Of a stretch of DNA of 64,000 nucleotides, positions 18,010-28,452 are shown piece by piece. Both the position numbers and the translations under genes were made by a program. The notes under the pieces are model-generated. The model had not been told where the DNA came from, did not search any database, and worked only from the letters and a program-made list of their open reading frames with translations. The number at the start of each line of letters is the position of its first letter. Positions within the stretch are counted from its first letter, which is position 1. The DNA is from Silicimonas sp. (lineage in GTDB: Bacteria > Pseudomonadota > Alphaproteobacteria > Rhodobacterales > Rhodobacteraceae). The stretch is taken from NCBI GenBank assembly GCA_040220415.1, contig JAVJUV010000119.1, forward strand, positions 40,485 through 104,484, in the 5' to 3' direction.

Positions 18010-19101
18010 TCAGTCCCATTCATGTCCGGAAGCAAGCGTCAGGGATCGGATCATCTCTACCTCGCCAGGATCATAGGGGCGCCCGTCTTCATACAACAGG
18101 TCGTGAAACCACACGTCCCGGTCGGTCCTGCCGCCGTGTGCCCTGACAAGGTCAGCGGGCCACGGCAGATGTGTCTGGGTCCGGCCCCGCACAAATCCCC
18201 ACTGAAAGCATCCGACGCTCCGGTCATGGAACATCTGAAGCTGGTCTTCGATCCTGCTGTCCACCGCGCGAGCCATCCACTCGGTGCACAGCATCGGACG
18301 ATCCAAAACAGACAGATAGTCGATGAACTTCGCGACCTGTCCTGCTTTCCAATATGCATGGAACGTCACGATGTCCGAATGCAGCAAGGCGCTTCGGTCG
18401 ATCTCGGTCTGGTAGGGATGGACGTCCTCGTCCGGCAAGGGCGTTGTCCAGGCGGCGACCGACAAGGGCTGCTCCGGCCCCTGCTCCCGCGCCCAGGTAA
18501 AGGCGTCTTCCATCAGGCGGTGTGAATGCGCGTCAAGGTCTCCGTCAAAGCGCGAGAAACCGTCAACGCGGAATTCCATCCGGTTCCCCGGTTCATTGTA
18601 CAGATCCCAGAAAAGGATCCTGCGGTCGTCCCGAAACGAACCGACAAGGTCGCGCACATAGGCACCAAGATCCGCTTGGGCCTGCGGGTCCATGACGACT
18701 TCGCGTCCGGGACTGGCCACCGCGCGACTGTTATGAACGCCGGGAACGGGTTCGGATTGTGGTCCATACACTGGCTCGGCACCGCCGAAGCCGCAATCGT
18801 CGAACAGACACGGGACGGTATCCAGTCCAGCTTTCGACGCCACATCCATAACCGTGTCCAGCCGGTCCAGTAGACCGTCGCGGTCGTGCTGCCAGATCAG
18901 GGTGTGCAGGTTGATCCGGATCGCGTTGAACCCGATCTCTCCTGCCCATCCCAGTTCGCGCGCGATGGTCGGAAGATCGAACGTGTCCTGATGCCACATT
19001 TCCAGGAAATTGACCGAAGTCGACGGCAGGTAATTGAAGCCGCACACCCAGGGGCGCGCTTGCCACCAGGCATTTGCATCTCGTGTCGTCCAGCGGACCA
19101 T
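18010..19101 (-). CDS. Glycoside hydrolase family 5 (clan A; GH5_13-like), cytoplasmic
   Basis: GFNYLPST, acid/base WDLYNEPGN, TFHAY, nucleophile CTEWMAR, WGFVRGRTQT, WFHDLL; no signal peptide. Confidence 0.82.
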   Translation of the reverse strand: MVRWTTRDANAWWQARPWVCGFNYLPSTSVNFLEMWHQDTFDLPTIARELGWAGEIGFNAIRINLHTLIWQHDRDGLLDRLDTVMDVASKAGLDTVPCLFDDCGFGGAEPVYGPQSEPVPGVHNSRAVASPGREVVMDPQAQADLGAYVRDLVGSFRDDRRILFWDLYNEPGNRMEFRVDGFSRFDGDLDAHSHRLMEDAFTWAREQGPEQPLSVAAWTTPLPDEDVHPYQTEIDRSALLHSDIVTFHAYWKAGQVAKFIDYLSVLDRPMLCTEWMARAVDSRIEDQLQMFHDRSVGCFQWGFVRGRTQTHLPWPADLVRAHGGRTDRDVWFHDLLYEDGRPYDPGEVEMIRSLTLASGHEWD

Positions 19102-19135
19102 ATCGGCGTTCCGGGGCGTGCAGTCGGGTCAGAAT

Positions 19136-19160
19136 CCGCCCCGCGTGAGCGGCGGGGCGG
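19136..19160 (-). other. GC-rich stem-loop downstream of the solute-binding protein gene (likely mRNA-stabilising)
   Basis: CCGCCCCGC-N7-GCGGGGCGG, 9-bp perfect stem, no U-tract. Confidence 0.55.
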
Positions 19161-19175
19161 CACACTCACAGGGGT

Positions 19176-20450
19176 TCAGCGGTCAAGCAGATCCTGAACT
19201 TCAAGCTCGGCGTCTGCCAAGGCGTCGTCCACGGGCTTTCCGGTCAACCAGATCGCCTGCAACTCTCGGTTCAGTACGTCCTGGATGGCACCGTAGCGCT
19301 CGGACGGTGGTGTATCCTTGGCGATCGCCGCGGTACCTGTGTACTCGTCGCGGTGCGGAAGCGATGCATATGCATCGCTGTCCAGGACCGACTTGCGCAC
19401 CGCCATGTGACCTGTACGGGCCCAGTCGATGTTGTGATCGTTGATGAAGGCCAGAACCTTCATCGCCGCAGCACGCTCTTCGCCGTCGAGCGAACTGGGG
19501 ATCGCCCACATATGGCTGTCGGCCCAGGTCGCGCCTGTGTCGAACAAGGTCGGGAAATCAGCGACATAATAGTTGTCCAGCCCGACCTCTTCCTTCGCCG
19601 CTTCGGCGGTATAGAAATCCACGACCCATGTGCCGTTCACCAGAACCGCAGCTTCGCCGTTCAGGAATGCCTGCTGGCTATCGGCATAGTTCAACTGCGG
19701 GTTGGCAAGCCCGGCGTCGAAAAGTTGCGTGATCGCCGTCACCGCGTTCTTGGCGGCCTCGTTGTTGATCGTAGCGGTGCCGTCCTCGGTGAAGATATTG
19801 GCGTTCTGCTGCCACATCAGGGCAAGGACAAGGCGCACACCGATCGGGAACTGCGCGAAGTCGGCGGCCAGGTAATCCTGTCCCGTCGCCTCCTTGACCT
19901 TCTGTGCATGTTCCAGAAGCTCCTCGGGTGTCGAAGGCAGCACCGGCTTGCCATCCTCGACCAGCCCCGCCTCGGCCATGATATCCATGTTCACGTGCCA
20001 GAGGTTGGCGTGGAAATCCATTGGCACGCCATAGATTCCGCCGTTGAAGCTGACGGCCGCCAGCGCGTTCGCGCTCCAGTCGTTCGGATCGATATCCGCC
20101 GCTTCCAGATCGCCCGAGATCTCGGCGATTGCACCAAGACCCGCGAACTCGGGCACGCGGTGACGATGCATGACGTGAACGTCCGGCGGGGTGCCACCGG
20201 CATAGGCCGCCTTGATCTGGTCGTAATAGTTGCCCCAGTCCGTCGGCAGCGTGTTGATCGAGATGCCTTCAAGCTCGGCGTCTGCCGCATTGATGATGGA
20301 CTGGATGATGCAGGCTTCCCCGGTAGACGTCGTGGTATCGGTACCCGCATCCTCGCAGGCGCCGAAGAACCGGCCCAGGGTGACCTCCTGCGCAAGCGCG
20401 CCGGTGGCAAGTGTCGCGGCCGCAGCCGCTGTCAGTAGCACATTTTTCAT
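19176..20450 (-). CDS. Sugar ABC transporter extracellular solute-binding protein
   Basis: Signal peptide MKNVLLTAAAAATLATGALA, PPDV, IYGVP, NGTW motifs; SD GGAGG. Confidence 0.92.
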   Translation of the reverse strand: MKNVLLTAAAAATLATGALAQEVTLGRFFGACEDAGTDTTTSTGEACIIQSIINAADAELEGISINTLPTDWGNYYDQIKAAYAGGTPPDVHVMHRHRVPEFAGLGAIAEISGDLEAADIDPNDWSANALAAVSFNGGIYGVPMDFHANLWHVNMDIMAEAGLVEDGKPVLPSTPEELLEHAQKVKEATGQDYLAADFAQFPIGVRLVLALMWQQNANIFTEDGTATINNEAAKNAVTAITQLFDAGLANPQLNYADSQQAFLNGEAAVLVNGTWVVDFYTAEAAKEEVGLDNYYVADFPTLFDTGATWADSHMWAIPSSLDGEERAAAMKVLAFINDHNIDWARTGHMAVRKSVLDSDAYASLPHRDEYTGTAAIAKDTPPSERYGAIQDVLNRELQAIWLTGKPVDDALADAELEVQDLLDR

Positions 20451-20476
20451 CGTTTTTCCTCCCTGAGATGTGCGTT

Positions 20477-21310
20477 TCAGCCCTTGGATCCACCGACGGT
20501 CATGGCTTGCACCACGTACCGCTGGAAGATCAGGAACAGGATGACGACCGGAAGCGAGGCAATGACGCCCGAGGCCATGACACGGCCCAGACCTTCCGAT
20601 TGCGCGAAGTTCGATTGGATGGACGCCAGACCCAGCGTGATCGTGAAATATTCCCGCTGCTGTGCGGACACGAGCGGCCAGAGATAGTCATTCCATGCGT
20701 AGAGAAATGTCAGGATCGCCAGCGTCATCATTGCGGGACGCGCAAGCGGCAGCATGACGTACCAGAAAATCTGCAACCATCCCACGCCGTCCAGACGCGC
20801 CGCTTCCTCTATGTCCTTGGGAATAGCCCGGAAGAACTGCAGCATCAGGAAAACGCCGATCGGCACGGCCATGCGCGGCAGGATCAGTGCGTGATAGCTG
20901 TTGTGCCAGCCAAGATCGGCGAACATCGTGTAAAGCGGGATGAAGACCGCCTGTTCCGGAACCATCAGGCCGATCAGGCATATTACCGTAATCGTGTTCT
21001 TGAACGGGAAATTCAGGCGGGCCAGCGCATAGCCGGCCGTTGTCGACACAGCCAGCACGCCAAGGGTCATGCCCAGCGAGACGACCAGCGAATTCAGGAA
21101 CCACCAGGGGGTCTGGCCGAACTTGAACAGCGCGGCATAGTTCTCCGCGGTGAACGGGATCGGAACCAAACCGAATGCCGTGGTCGACGTGGTGCGGGCC
21201 AGAACCTCGTTCGGCTGGAACGACAGCGAGACCATCCAGATCGTCGGCACGAGCCAGATGAAAGCCGGAACCGACAGGGCCAGGACAAGCCAGTAGTATC
21301 CTCTGTTCAT
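20477..21310 (-). CDS. Carbohydrate ABC transporter permease
   Basis: IPKDIEEAARLDG, WNDYLWPL; start MNRGYYW via TGATG overlap. Confidence 0.92.
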   Translation of the reverse strand: MNRGYYWLVLALSVPAFIWLVPTIWMVSLSFQPNEVLARTTSTTAFGLVPIPFTAENYAALFKFGQTPWWFLNSLVVSLGMTLGVLAVSTTAGYALARLNFPFKNTITVICLIGLMVPEQAVFIPLYTMFADLGWHNSYHALILPRMAVPIGVFLMLQFFRAIPKDIEEAARLDGVGWLQIFWYVMLPLARPAMMTLAILTFLYAWNDYLWPLVSAQQREYFTITLGLASIQSNFAQSEGLGRVMASGVIASLPVVILFLIFQRYVVQAMTVGGSKG

Positions 21311-22404
21311 CAGCTTTTCTCCCGTCCGACAAAGAACTGGATCACCGAGAACGTGCCCATGATGAAGAACAGGAAGACCGCCATGGCGCTCGCGCGCCCA
21401 AGCTCGCTGTCGCGGAATCCGGTCTGGTAGATGTAACGGACCAGAACCTGCGTCGTGTCGTTCGGCCCGCCCTGGGTCATCAGGTGCGGCTGTCCGAAGA
21501 CCTGGAAGTGCAGGATGATCTGCAGAACGACGACAAGGGTGATCGTCCGCTTGAGATTCGGCAGTGTTATGTGGCGGAAAGCCTTGACGCCCCGGCAATT
21601 GTCCAGCGCAGCCGCCTCGTAAAGGTCTCGACTGATATCCTGAAGTCCGGCCAGGAACAGGATCATGGCAATGCCGAGCGACCACCAGATGGTCGTGATG
21701 ACGATAGCCGCCATGGCGAATTGCTCGTCGGTCAGCCAGTTTATCGGTGTTCCGCCCAGAACGTCGGTGACGTTAGCGATCAGACCCTGACGCGGCGAGA
21801 ACATGATCTGCCAGATCAGCGTGACGACCGTCACCGACAGAACCTGGCTGAGGAAGAACAATGTCCGCAACGCCGACATCGCCTTGGTCTCTCGATTGAT
21901 CGCGGCCGCCAGAACGAGGGCCGTTATCGTTACTCCGGGAACCGTAAGACCAACGAACAGCAACGTGTTTCCGACCGTTGGCCAGAACCGTCGGTCATAC
22001 CACCGTCCCCCTTCGCCGGGATGAATGCCGGGGAGGACAAAGAGCAGCGCTGAAGCCACGCCCAGGGCGATGGCGTTGACGCTGCTCAACCGGCCCATCC
22101 GACGAAGGATGACGGCGGCGGCAAGTCCCAGAAGGGCAGGCACTTGCCAGATCGGTGCATTGAACGGGGTCCAGATTATGTTCCGGCCCCACATGACCCG
22201 GACATAATTGCGTGTGCCGACGAACTCCTTGGCGTCCGGATTGAACGCGACCGCCAGAAGGTTCCAGTCGTGCAGGCTGATCCAGACGCCCTTGAAGAAC
22301 GGATAGATAAGAAATAGCGCATAAGTCGCCAAAAACGGCAAAAGAAGCACATACGCCGCGCGTGTCTGGTTCAGAAACCGTCCCGACTTTGCCGATGGCC
22401 GCAC
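21310..22404 (-). CDS. Carbohydrate ABC transporter permease
   Basis: LAGLQDISRDLYEAAALD, FQVFGQP, GGP; GTG start after GGAGG. Confidence 0.9.
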   Translation of the reverse strand: MRPSAKSGRFLNQTRAAYVLLLPFLATYALFLIYPFFKGVWISLHDWNLLAVAFNPDAKEFVGTRNYVRVMWGRNIIWTPFNAPIWQVPALLGLAAAVILRRMGRLSSVNAIALGVASALLFVLPGIHPGEGGRWYDRRFWPTVGNTLLFVGLTVPGVTITALVLAAAINRETKAMSALRTLFFLSQVLSVTVVTLIWQIMFSPRQGLIANVTDVLGGTPINWLTDEQFAMAAIVITTIWWSLGIAMILFLAGLQDISRDLYEAAALDNCRGVKAFRHITLPNLKRTITLVVVLQIILHFQVFGQPHLMTQGGPNDTTQVLVRYIYQTGFRDSELGRASAMAVFLFFIMGTFSVIQFFVGREKS

Positions 22405-22438
22405 CGATTCCTCCCCGATTCAATGCTGATTCCTCTTG

Positions 22439-22469
22439 TGCTAAAATTATTAGCAATATTTATTAGCAA
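22439..22469. promoter_or_regulatory. Probable LacI operator between divergent ABC operon and lacI gene
   Basis: TGCTAA-N5-TTAGCA palindrome (22439-22455) plus direct repeat TTATTAGCAA at 22447 and 22460. Confidence 0.65.
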
Positions 22470-22491
22470 AGATCAAGAGGCGAGTTCGAAG

Positions 22492-23535
22492 ATGAATGAT
22501 ACGCGAAGGGCGGACAAACGTCGGGTGACCATGAAAGACGTGGCCGTCCGGGCCGGCGTTTCCCAGTCGACTGTTTCATTCGTACTGAACGGACTTGAAG
22601 ACATGCGGATCAGCTCCGACACGCGAAAGCGCGTGATGGATGCCGCAGCCGAGCTTGAATACCAACCCCGCGCTGCTGGCCGCCCTCCAAAATCCGCGGG
22701 GCTGGGTGTTTTGGGTGTACTTTTCGACGAGATCGCGACAAGCCCTTTCGCATCCATTTCGATCGAAGGCATCCAGGAAGAAGCGTGGAAACACGATGTC
22801 ATCGTAGAGGTCTTCATGACCGGCAGAAATCGCGACTACGAAAACGAAGTCTTGAAGAAATGGTCCCGCGATCGGGTTCGGGGTGTCGTCTATGGCTCGA
22901 TCCTGACCCGAGCCGCGTCTCCGCCCGAAGGTCTTTCCCGTCATCGTTCCATCCTTCTCAACTGCTATGACAAGGATGCCCGGTATCCGTCTGTCGTCCC
23001 CGCCGAGCGGCGCGGCGGCGAGGTTGCGACCGAGGCACTTCTTGCAGAAGGCCACCGCCGCATCGCCTTCATCTCTGGCGAAACCTGGATGGAAGCCTCC
23101 GACCAGCGAATGGAAGGCTACGAGCGGGCCCTTCGGGCCGCGGGTATTCCTGTCGACCCGTCGCTGATCGTCGAGGGCAACTTCCTGCCCAGCGGCGGCC
23201 GCGATGCCACACTGCGCCTCATGTCCGGACCGGACCGGCCCGACGCGATTTTCTGCGCGAACGACCTCATGGCCATCGGCTGCTACGAGGCGCTCAAGGA
23301 GCTGGGCGAAAAGATTGGCGACACCATCGCCGTCATGGGCTACGACGACCAGGAAGTTGCCGAACACCTTTCTCCCGCGCTTTCCACCGTGCTTTTGCCG
23401 CACCGCGAAATGGGACAATGGTGCGCGCGACAACTGATCGACGACGGCGATCTTCCGCAAGAGCAGGTTCGAATCGAATGCCCGCTGGTCACTCGAAAAT
23501 CGCACCGCGCACCGGCTTCGATGTCGCGGGCCTGA
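22492..23535 (+). CDS. LacI family transcriptional regulator
   Basis: TMKDVAVRAGVSQSTVSFVLN HTH; PDAIFCANDLMAIG, GYDD, PALSTV. Confidence 0.95.
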   Translation: MNDTRRADKRRVTMKDVAVRAGVSQSTVSFVLNGLEDMRISSDTRKRVMDAAAELEYQPRAAGRPPKSAGLGVLGVLFDEIATSPFASISIEGIQEEAWKHDVIVEVFMTGRNRDYENEVLKKWSRDRVRGVVYGSILTRAASPPEGLSRHRSILLNCYDKDARYPSVVPAERRGGEVATEALLAEGHRRIAFISGETWMEASDQRMEGYERALRAAGIPVDPSLIVEGNFLPSGGRDATLRLMSGPDRPDAIFCANDLMAIGCYEALKELGEKIGDTIAVMGYDDQEVAEHLSPALSTVLLPHREMGQWCARQLIDDGDLPQEQVRIECPLVTRKSHRAPASMSRA

Positions 23536-23550
23536 CTGAAGGAGCCGACC

Positions 23551-24405
23551 ATGTCTGACTTCGTCGCACTGCTTGGCGTGAAAGGCGGACCGGCTATCCG
23601 GCCCGGCTCGAACATGCCGACCTCGACCCTTCTCTCCATGAATGACAAGACGATCCTGATCGATGCAGGGCTCGGCGCCACGAAAGCGATCTGCGACCAG
23701 GGCATCCCCCTGCCCCGCATCGATGCAATCTTCGTCACGCACCTGCACTCGGACCACTACCTGGAGCTCGGCCCGCTGATACACACCGCCTGGACGGCCG
23801 GGCTGAACAGGACCCTGCCGGTCTACGGACCGCCACGGCTGCGGCACTACTGGGACGCTTTCCTGGTATCGATGGAAGACGACATTCACGTTCGCATCGC
23901 AGACGAAGGTCGCGTCGACCTATCCAGACTGATCCGGATACACGAACTTGCCGATGGTCAGGACCTCGATGTCGAAGGTATCGCAGTTTCCACGATGCTG
24001 AACGTCCATCCCCCGATAGAGCACAGCTTTGCCCTGCGCTTTTGCTCCCGCGACCGCTCGATCGTGCTGTCCGGCGATACCGCCTACATGCCCGAGATGT
24101 CGCACTTCGCACGCGATGCCGACCTGCTGGTCCACGAAGCGATGCTCACGAATGGGATAGACGCCCTTATGTCACATCAGACGAATGGCGACGAGCGTTT
24201 GCGCGCCCATATCCTTAGAAGCCACACCGCCGCCGAAGACGTCGGTCGCGTCGCCACGGTGGCTCGGGTCAAGCGTCTGGCGCTCAACCATTTTGTCCCC
24301 GACGGATACCCTGGTGTCACAGAATCCGACTGGACCTATGCCGTGCGGCAGACGTGGCGGGGTCCGCTCGTCATTGCACGCGACGGTGAACGGATAACGC
24401 TTTAG
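23551..24405 (+). CDS. MBL-fold metallo-hydrolase (RNase Z/AtsA-like)
   Basis: LGVKGGP, IDAG, THLHSDH, SGDT, VHEA, SHT, LNH. Confidence 0.85.
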   Translation: MSDFVALLGVKGGPAIRPGSNMPTSTLLSMNDKTILIDAGLGATKAICDQGIPLPRIDAIFVTHLHSDHYLELGPLIHTAWTAGLNRTLPVYGPPRLRHYWDAFLVSMEDDIHVRIADEGRVDLSRLIRIHELADGQDLDVEGIAVSTMLNVHPPIEHSFALRFCSRDRSIVLSGDTAYMPEMSHFARDADLLVHEAMLTNGIDALMSHQTNGDERLRAHILRSHTAAEDVGRVATVARVKRLALNHFVPDGYPGVTESDWTYAVRQTWRGPLVIARDGERITL

Positions 24406-24412
24406 CGCCTTG

Positions 24413-24443
24413 AAAAAGTTGCGCCCACTCAAGTGGGCGCAAC
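24413..24443 (-). terminator. Intrinsic terminator after cycA (left boundary of the PGC)
   Basis: GTTGCGCCCAC-TCAA-GTGGGCGCAAC stem-loop followed by T5 on the minus strand. Confidence 0.75.
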
Positions 24444-24481
24444 CGGAATTCCGAGACTTGTGAGGTTCCAGTACGGCCCCG

Positions 24482-24925
24482 TCAGCTGCCTTCATCCGAA
24501 AAGGTCGCCAGGAAGGCGGCCAGATCAGCGGCCTCTTCTTCCGTACGGATCTTGAATGCCATGCCGCTGCGAGCGCCGCTATCGCCGGTCACTTCCTTCA
24601 GGAATGCCGTCGGATCCTGCAGATAGGAAGTTATGCTGGCAACATCCCAAACAAGACCGCCCTCACCAGCCTCCACGATGGACTTCTTGTAGCGGAAGCC
24701 CTCGACAGATCCGGCCTGACGCCCAACCACGCCAAAAAGGTTCGGTCCGGTCTTGGCATTGCGGCCTGCCAGCACTTCGCCCGCGTCGTTCTCGACGACA
24801 TGGCAGGTTTGGCACTTGTTGAACGCTTTTTCGCCAGCTTCGGGATCACCGGACCCGAGGTGCGCGTCGGCGAATACAGGTGAGGCAATCGTTGCAATGG
24901 CAACGGCGGCCAAAAAATACTTCAT
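24482..24925 (-). CDS. cycA: Cytochrome c2
   Basis: Signal peptide MKYFLAAVAIATIASPVFA, CQTCH heme motif, TGPNLFG, distal Met in SGMAFK; SD GGAG. Confidence 0.9.
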   Translation of the reverse strand: MKYFLAAVAIATIASPVFADAHLGSGDPEAGEKAFNKCQTCHVVENDAGEVLAGRNAKTGPNLFGVVGRQAGSVEGFRYKKSIVEAGEGGLVWDVASITSYLQDPTAFLKEVTGDSGARSGMAFKIRTEEEAADLAAFLATFSDEGS

Positions 24926-25001
24926 TTCAGTCTCCATAGTTTGGCTATCCAAGATCCTAGCGCATATTTCGGCGAAGGAAAGCCGAAGCCCCCTCGCGTT
25001 C

Positions 25002-26216
25002 TCACGCAACGGCACGCGCGATGGCGCACCGTTTCCACAAAGAATTCAATGCTTCGCCAAGATATGCAATATCATCGTCGGAATGAAGCGGTCCGGGTGT
25101 GATGCGCAGCCGCTCGGTACCCTTGGGAACCGTCGGATAATTGATGGGCTGAACATATATACCCCAGTCTTCCATCAGCATGTCCGAAATCATTCGGCAT
25201 TTGACCGGGTCACCTATCATGACCGGGATGATATGAGATGGGTTCGGCATATGCGGGATGCCGCTTTCGTCCAGAAGTCGGCGCAGCAAGGCGACCTGAC
25301 GTTTCTGGCGCGCGCGTTCCAGCTGGCTGTTCTTCAGATGGCGGATCGAAGCCGTCGCGGCCGCGGCGACTGCCGGCGGTATCGCGGTGGTGAAGATGAA
25401 CCCGGAGGCGAAGGATCTGACGAAATCTATCAGTGCAGCCGAACCGGTGATGTATCCGCCGAAGGTTCCGAAGGCCTTGCCAAGCGTGCCCTCGATCAGT
25501 GTGATGCGATCCATCAGACCCAGTTCTTCGGCCACGCCGCCCCCACGGGGGCCATACATTCCGACCGCATGGACCTCGTCGATGTAAGTCATCGCGCCAT
25601 GCGCGTCGGCGACGTCGCAGATTTCAGCGATGGGCGCGATATCGCCGTCCATTGAATACACGGATTCGAATGCCACTATCTTCGGGCGATCCGGACCAAT
25701 CGCCGCAAGCTTGCGATTCAGATCTTCGGGGTCGTTGTGCCTCCAGATCACCTTATCCGCACGGCTGTGACGTATGCCTTCGATCATCGACGCATGGTTC
25801 AGCGCATCCGAGAGGATGACTGCACCGGGTATGCGGGCGCCGAGCGTCGAGAGCGTCGCCCAGTTCGAGACATAGCCGGTCGAGAAAACAAGCGCCGACT
25901 CTTTGCCGTGCAGGTCGGCAAGCTCGCGCTCCAGTTCGATGTGCTGATGCATCGTACCCGAGATGTTGCGTGTGCCGCCGGCCCCGGTGCCGCAGGCCTG
26001 AGCCGTCGCCGTCATCGCTGCAACAACGTCCGGGTGATGACCCATTCCAAGGTAGTCGTTGGAGCACCAGACGGTGACTTCGCGCTTCCCGCCGGGGCCA
26101 TAGTTGTCGGCCTTGGGAAAAGAGCCGCAGCGCCGTTCCATCTCCGCAAAGATGCGGTAATTGCCCTCTTCCTTCAGCTTGTTGAGCTGATCGGTAAACA
26201 GCGCGTCAAAATCCAT
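25002..26216 (-). CDS. hemA: 5-aminolevulinate synthase
   Basis: [35 protein letters not shown] lysine, INYPTVP. Confidence 0.97.
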   Translation of the reverse strand: MDFDALFTDQLNKLKEEGNYRIFAEMERRCGSFPKADNYGPGGKREVTVWCSNDYLGMGHHPDVVAAMTATAQACGTGAGGTRNISGTMHQHIELERELADLHGKESALVFSTGYVSNWATLSTLGARIPGAVILSDALNHASMIEGIRHSRADKVIWRHNDPEDLNRKLAAIGPDRPKIVAFESVYSMDGDIAPIAEICDVADAHGAMTYIDEVHAVGMYGPRGGGVAEELGLMDRITLIEGTLGKAFGTFGGYITGSAALIDFVRSFASGFIFTTAIPPAVAAAATASIRHLKNSQLERARQKRQVALLRRLLDESGIPHMPNPSHIIPVMIGDPVKCRMISDMLMEDWGIYVQPINYPTVPKGTERLRITPGPLHSDDDIAYLGEALNSLWKRCAIARAVA

Positions 26217-26997
26217 CTTCGATCCTCACTTGGTCTTCCTTGGGCGCAGGCAACATCCAGCGCCATAGTTTTGCGTCAGGCAGTGGCAGTACCATCAGCC
26301 AGTGTTCCAGCAGTGCGAGCGCGGTAAACGCCGCGAGAAGAGAGAAACCGATGTCCCCGGTCGCATAAAGACGCTCGAGCCAGCAGGCCACGGCCAGCGT
26401 CAGAAGCGTGACCGAGATCGGAAACATCCAGTTCAGCTTCCGGATGCGAAAGTAACTGGGAATATGGGCCAGTGGCCTTGGCAGGAACTCGGTGTTTATC
26501 CGCGGCACACCAAGGAACAGGTTCAGCTTTGCCGACACGCGGGCAAAGAACAGAACCGCAAAAGTCCAGAACGCCAGCTGGTTCTCGGCGCCATGACTGA
26601 TGCCCCAAAGCGCCAACAGCGCAAACACCAGAAGGCATTCATGGTAGGCAATGACAGAGACGGCCGCCCGGAATCTCTCCCACCCGTCGGCCGTGTCCGG
26701 GCAAGGCGCACGGTTCGGTCCGGTGACAAGACCGGACAGGAATGAAAGCTCTATCCAGCCCCAGATCGCCAGGGCCGAGAGAAAACCGATATAGGCGCCT
26801 GACGCTCCGGTCTGATCCAATGACATCTTCAGACCGACCACGCCAGCGAAGAGGATCGGCACCGACAGGAGCGAGGCCCAGACATGTCCGTCCGGGCCGT
26901 CACCATCGGCGCGTTTCACCACGAACAGGATCGCTCCGGTGCAGAACCACCAGAGAAACAGCGCAGCCAGCGCGGCGACCCAGGGGGACGTCAGCAC
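26206..26997 (-). CDS. puhE: Photosynthetic complex assembly protein PuhE (DUF3623)
   Basis: [29 protein letters not shown]; position after acsF. Confidence 0.9.
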   Translation of the reverse strand: MLTSPWVAALAALFLWWFCTGAILFVVKRADGDGPDGHVWASLLSVPILFAGVVGLKMSLDQTGASGAYIGFLSALAIWGWIELSFLSGLVTGPNRAPCPDTADGWERFRAAVSVIAYHECLLVFALLALWGISHGAENQLAFWTFAVLFFARVSAKLNLFLGVPRINTEFLPRPLAHIPSYFRIRKLNWMFPISVTLLTLAVACWLERLYATGDIGFSLLAAFTALALLEHWLMVLPLPDAKLWRWMLPAPKEDQVRIEDGF

Positions 26998-27028
26998 GCT
27001 GCACCCGTATTCCGGCTTTCACCTGTCA

Positions 27029-28156
27029 TCAGAAGGCAGGCTCCAGCCGCACGTTTACGGGAACTTCGTTCTTTTTCGAGGGGATCGTGTAGAGGCTGAA
27101 GAAGGCAAGTGCGGCGCGACTGCCGCCTGTTAGCCTCTTGAGCCGACCCGTCAGACCTCCCTTGCGCTTGGCCTCGTCCATATCCTCGAACGCCGCCTGA
27201 AGCCTCACAAGCGCGGGCTTCCAGCGCGGATGGTCAATGTCCAGCTCAAGCGGGAAGACCTGCCGCGCGATGGTCGAGGTTTTCCGGAACACCTCCTGAT
27301 CATACCAGTCGATGTCCACGCCCAGTGCGTCGTGGAAGGCATGCCGGGCGTGATCGCGTACCCACATCGTGCCGTAGACCGCCGTTAGGAAGAACTTGAT
27401 CCACAGCTTGTTCGTGAACGATTGAGTCAGTTTCGGGTCGGTCCGCATGAGAAGTGCGAAGGCCTCGCCGTGGCTGAACTCATCGTTGCACCACTCCTTG
27501 AACCACTTGAAGATGGGATGGAACCGATGCTCCGGGTTGGCCTCCAGGTGGCGGTAGATGGTGATATACCGCGCGTACCCGATCTTCTCGGAAAGATAGG
27601 TGGCGTAGTAGATGAACTTGGGCCGGAAGTAGGTGTACTTCTTTTCACGTGTGAGAAAGCCCAGATTCACCGCGATGCCGGCCTCGCGCAGCGCATCGTT
27701 GATGAAACCGGCATGGCGTGCTTCGTCGCGCGACATATAGGCGAACAGTTTCTTGATATCCTCGTTCGTACCGCGGCGCTTCATTTCCTTGTAAAGTACG
27801 CAGCCCGAGAATTCGGCGGTGCAGGAAGACACAAGGAAATCGATGAACTCGGCCTTCAGCCCAGGCTCCATTCCTTCCCAGTCGACCTCGTCCCAGTCTT
27901 CGTTCTTCTTGAAATGTCCCTTGTTCGGGTCGCTTTCCATCTGCGCCAGAAGCTTGTCCCAGTCCTCGCGTACGGGTGTCACGTCGATGGCATCAAGCTC
28001 ATCGAAATCGGTCGTATAAAACCGCGGCGTCATCAGCGTGTTCTGCATCGCCAGCGCGGTTGCGTCGTCGCTGTTGAACTGGGATTGGGCCTCGACGCGG
28101 GCCAATCCTTCTTCGACGGTCGTTGCGTCGGCGCTATGGCCAGTTTGAACGTTCAT
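27029..28156 (-). CDS. acsF: O2-dependent Mg-protoporphyrin IX monomethyl ester cyclase
   Basis: TPRFYTTDF, AEFSGCVLYKE, RDEARHAGF, YLSEKIGYARY, WCNDEFSHG diiron motifs. Confidence 0.97.
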   Translation of the reverse strand: MNVQTGHSADATTVEEGLARVEAQSQFNSDDATALAMQNTLMTPRFYTTDFDELDAIDVTPVREDWDKLLAQMESDPNKGHFKKNEDWDEVDWEGMEPGLKAEFIDFLVSSCTAEFSGCVLYKEMKRRGTNEDIKKLFAYMSRDEARHAGFINDALREAGIAVNLGFLTREKKYTYFRPKFIYYATYLSEKIGYARYITIYRHLEANPEHRFHPIFKWFKEWCNDEFSHGEAFALLMRTDPKLTQSFTNKLWIKFFLTAVYGTMWVRDHARHAFHDALGVDIDWYDQEVFRKTSTIARQVFPLELDIDHPRWKPALVRLQAAFEDMDEAKRKGGLTGRLKRLTGGSRAALAFFSLYTIPSKKNEVPVNVRLEPAF

Positions 28157-28449
28157 AGCCGGATCTCCTCGGAGAAGGAAAATTCGCAAAGTTCCATGAA
28201 TTCGATGTCGCCGGTCATCCGGGTCCAGAAACGCTCGAGCGCGGAAGCGCGGGTGATCGTTGCCTCGCGGGCCTCGGAGACGACTTCGCCGAAGGGCGCC
28301 ATCACTGGCGCTCCGTGGACAAGGACCGTATCGCCGGGATGGACCACCGCGCCATTGTCGAACCGCACATGTGCGGAAAGTTCCTCGAACCGGTGACTGA
28401 TCTCGACGGTGCAGGGCACGCGTTCGGTTTCTTTGGTTAGCAATCCCAT
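28153..28449 (-). CDS. bciE: Aerobic cyclase accessory subunit BciE (also called PuhD)
   Basis: 98 aa directly upstream of and ATGA-coupled to acsF; VPCTVEISH...HPGD...ELCEFSFS with Cys13 and Cys88 as recalled for R. sphaeroides BciE. Confidence 0.85.
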   Translation of the reverse strand: MGLLTKETERVPCTVEISHRFEELSAHVRFDNGAVVHPGDTVLVHGAPVMAPFGEVVSEAREATITRASALERFWTRMTGDIEFMELCEFSFSEEIRL

Positions 28450-28452
28450 GTT

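Noticed and set aside
24406-24481. Possible mobile-element boundary at the PGC edge
   Set aside because: Only a terminator is visible; no integrase, transposase, tRNA or direct repeats
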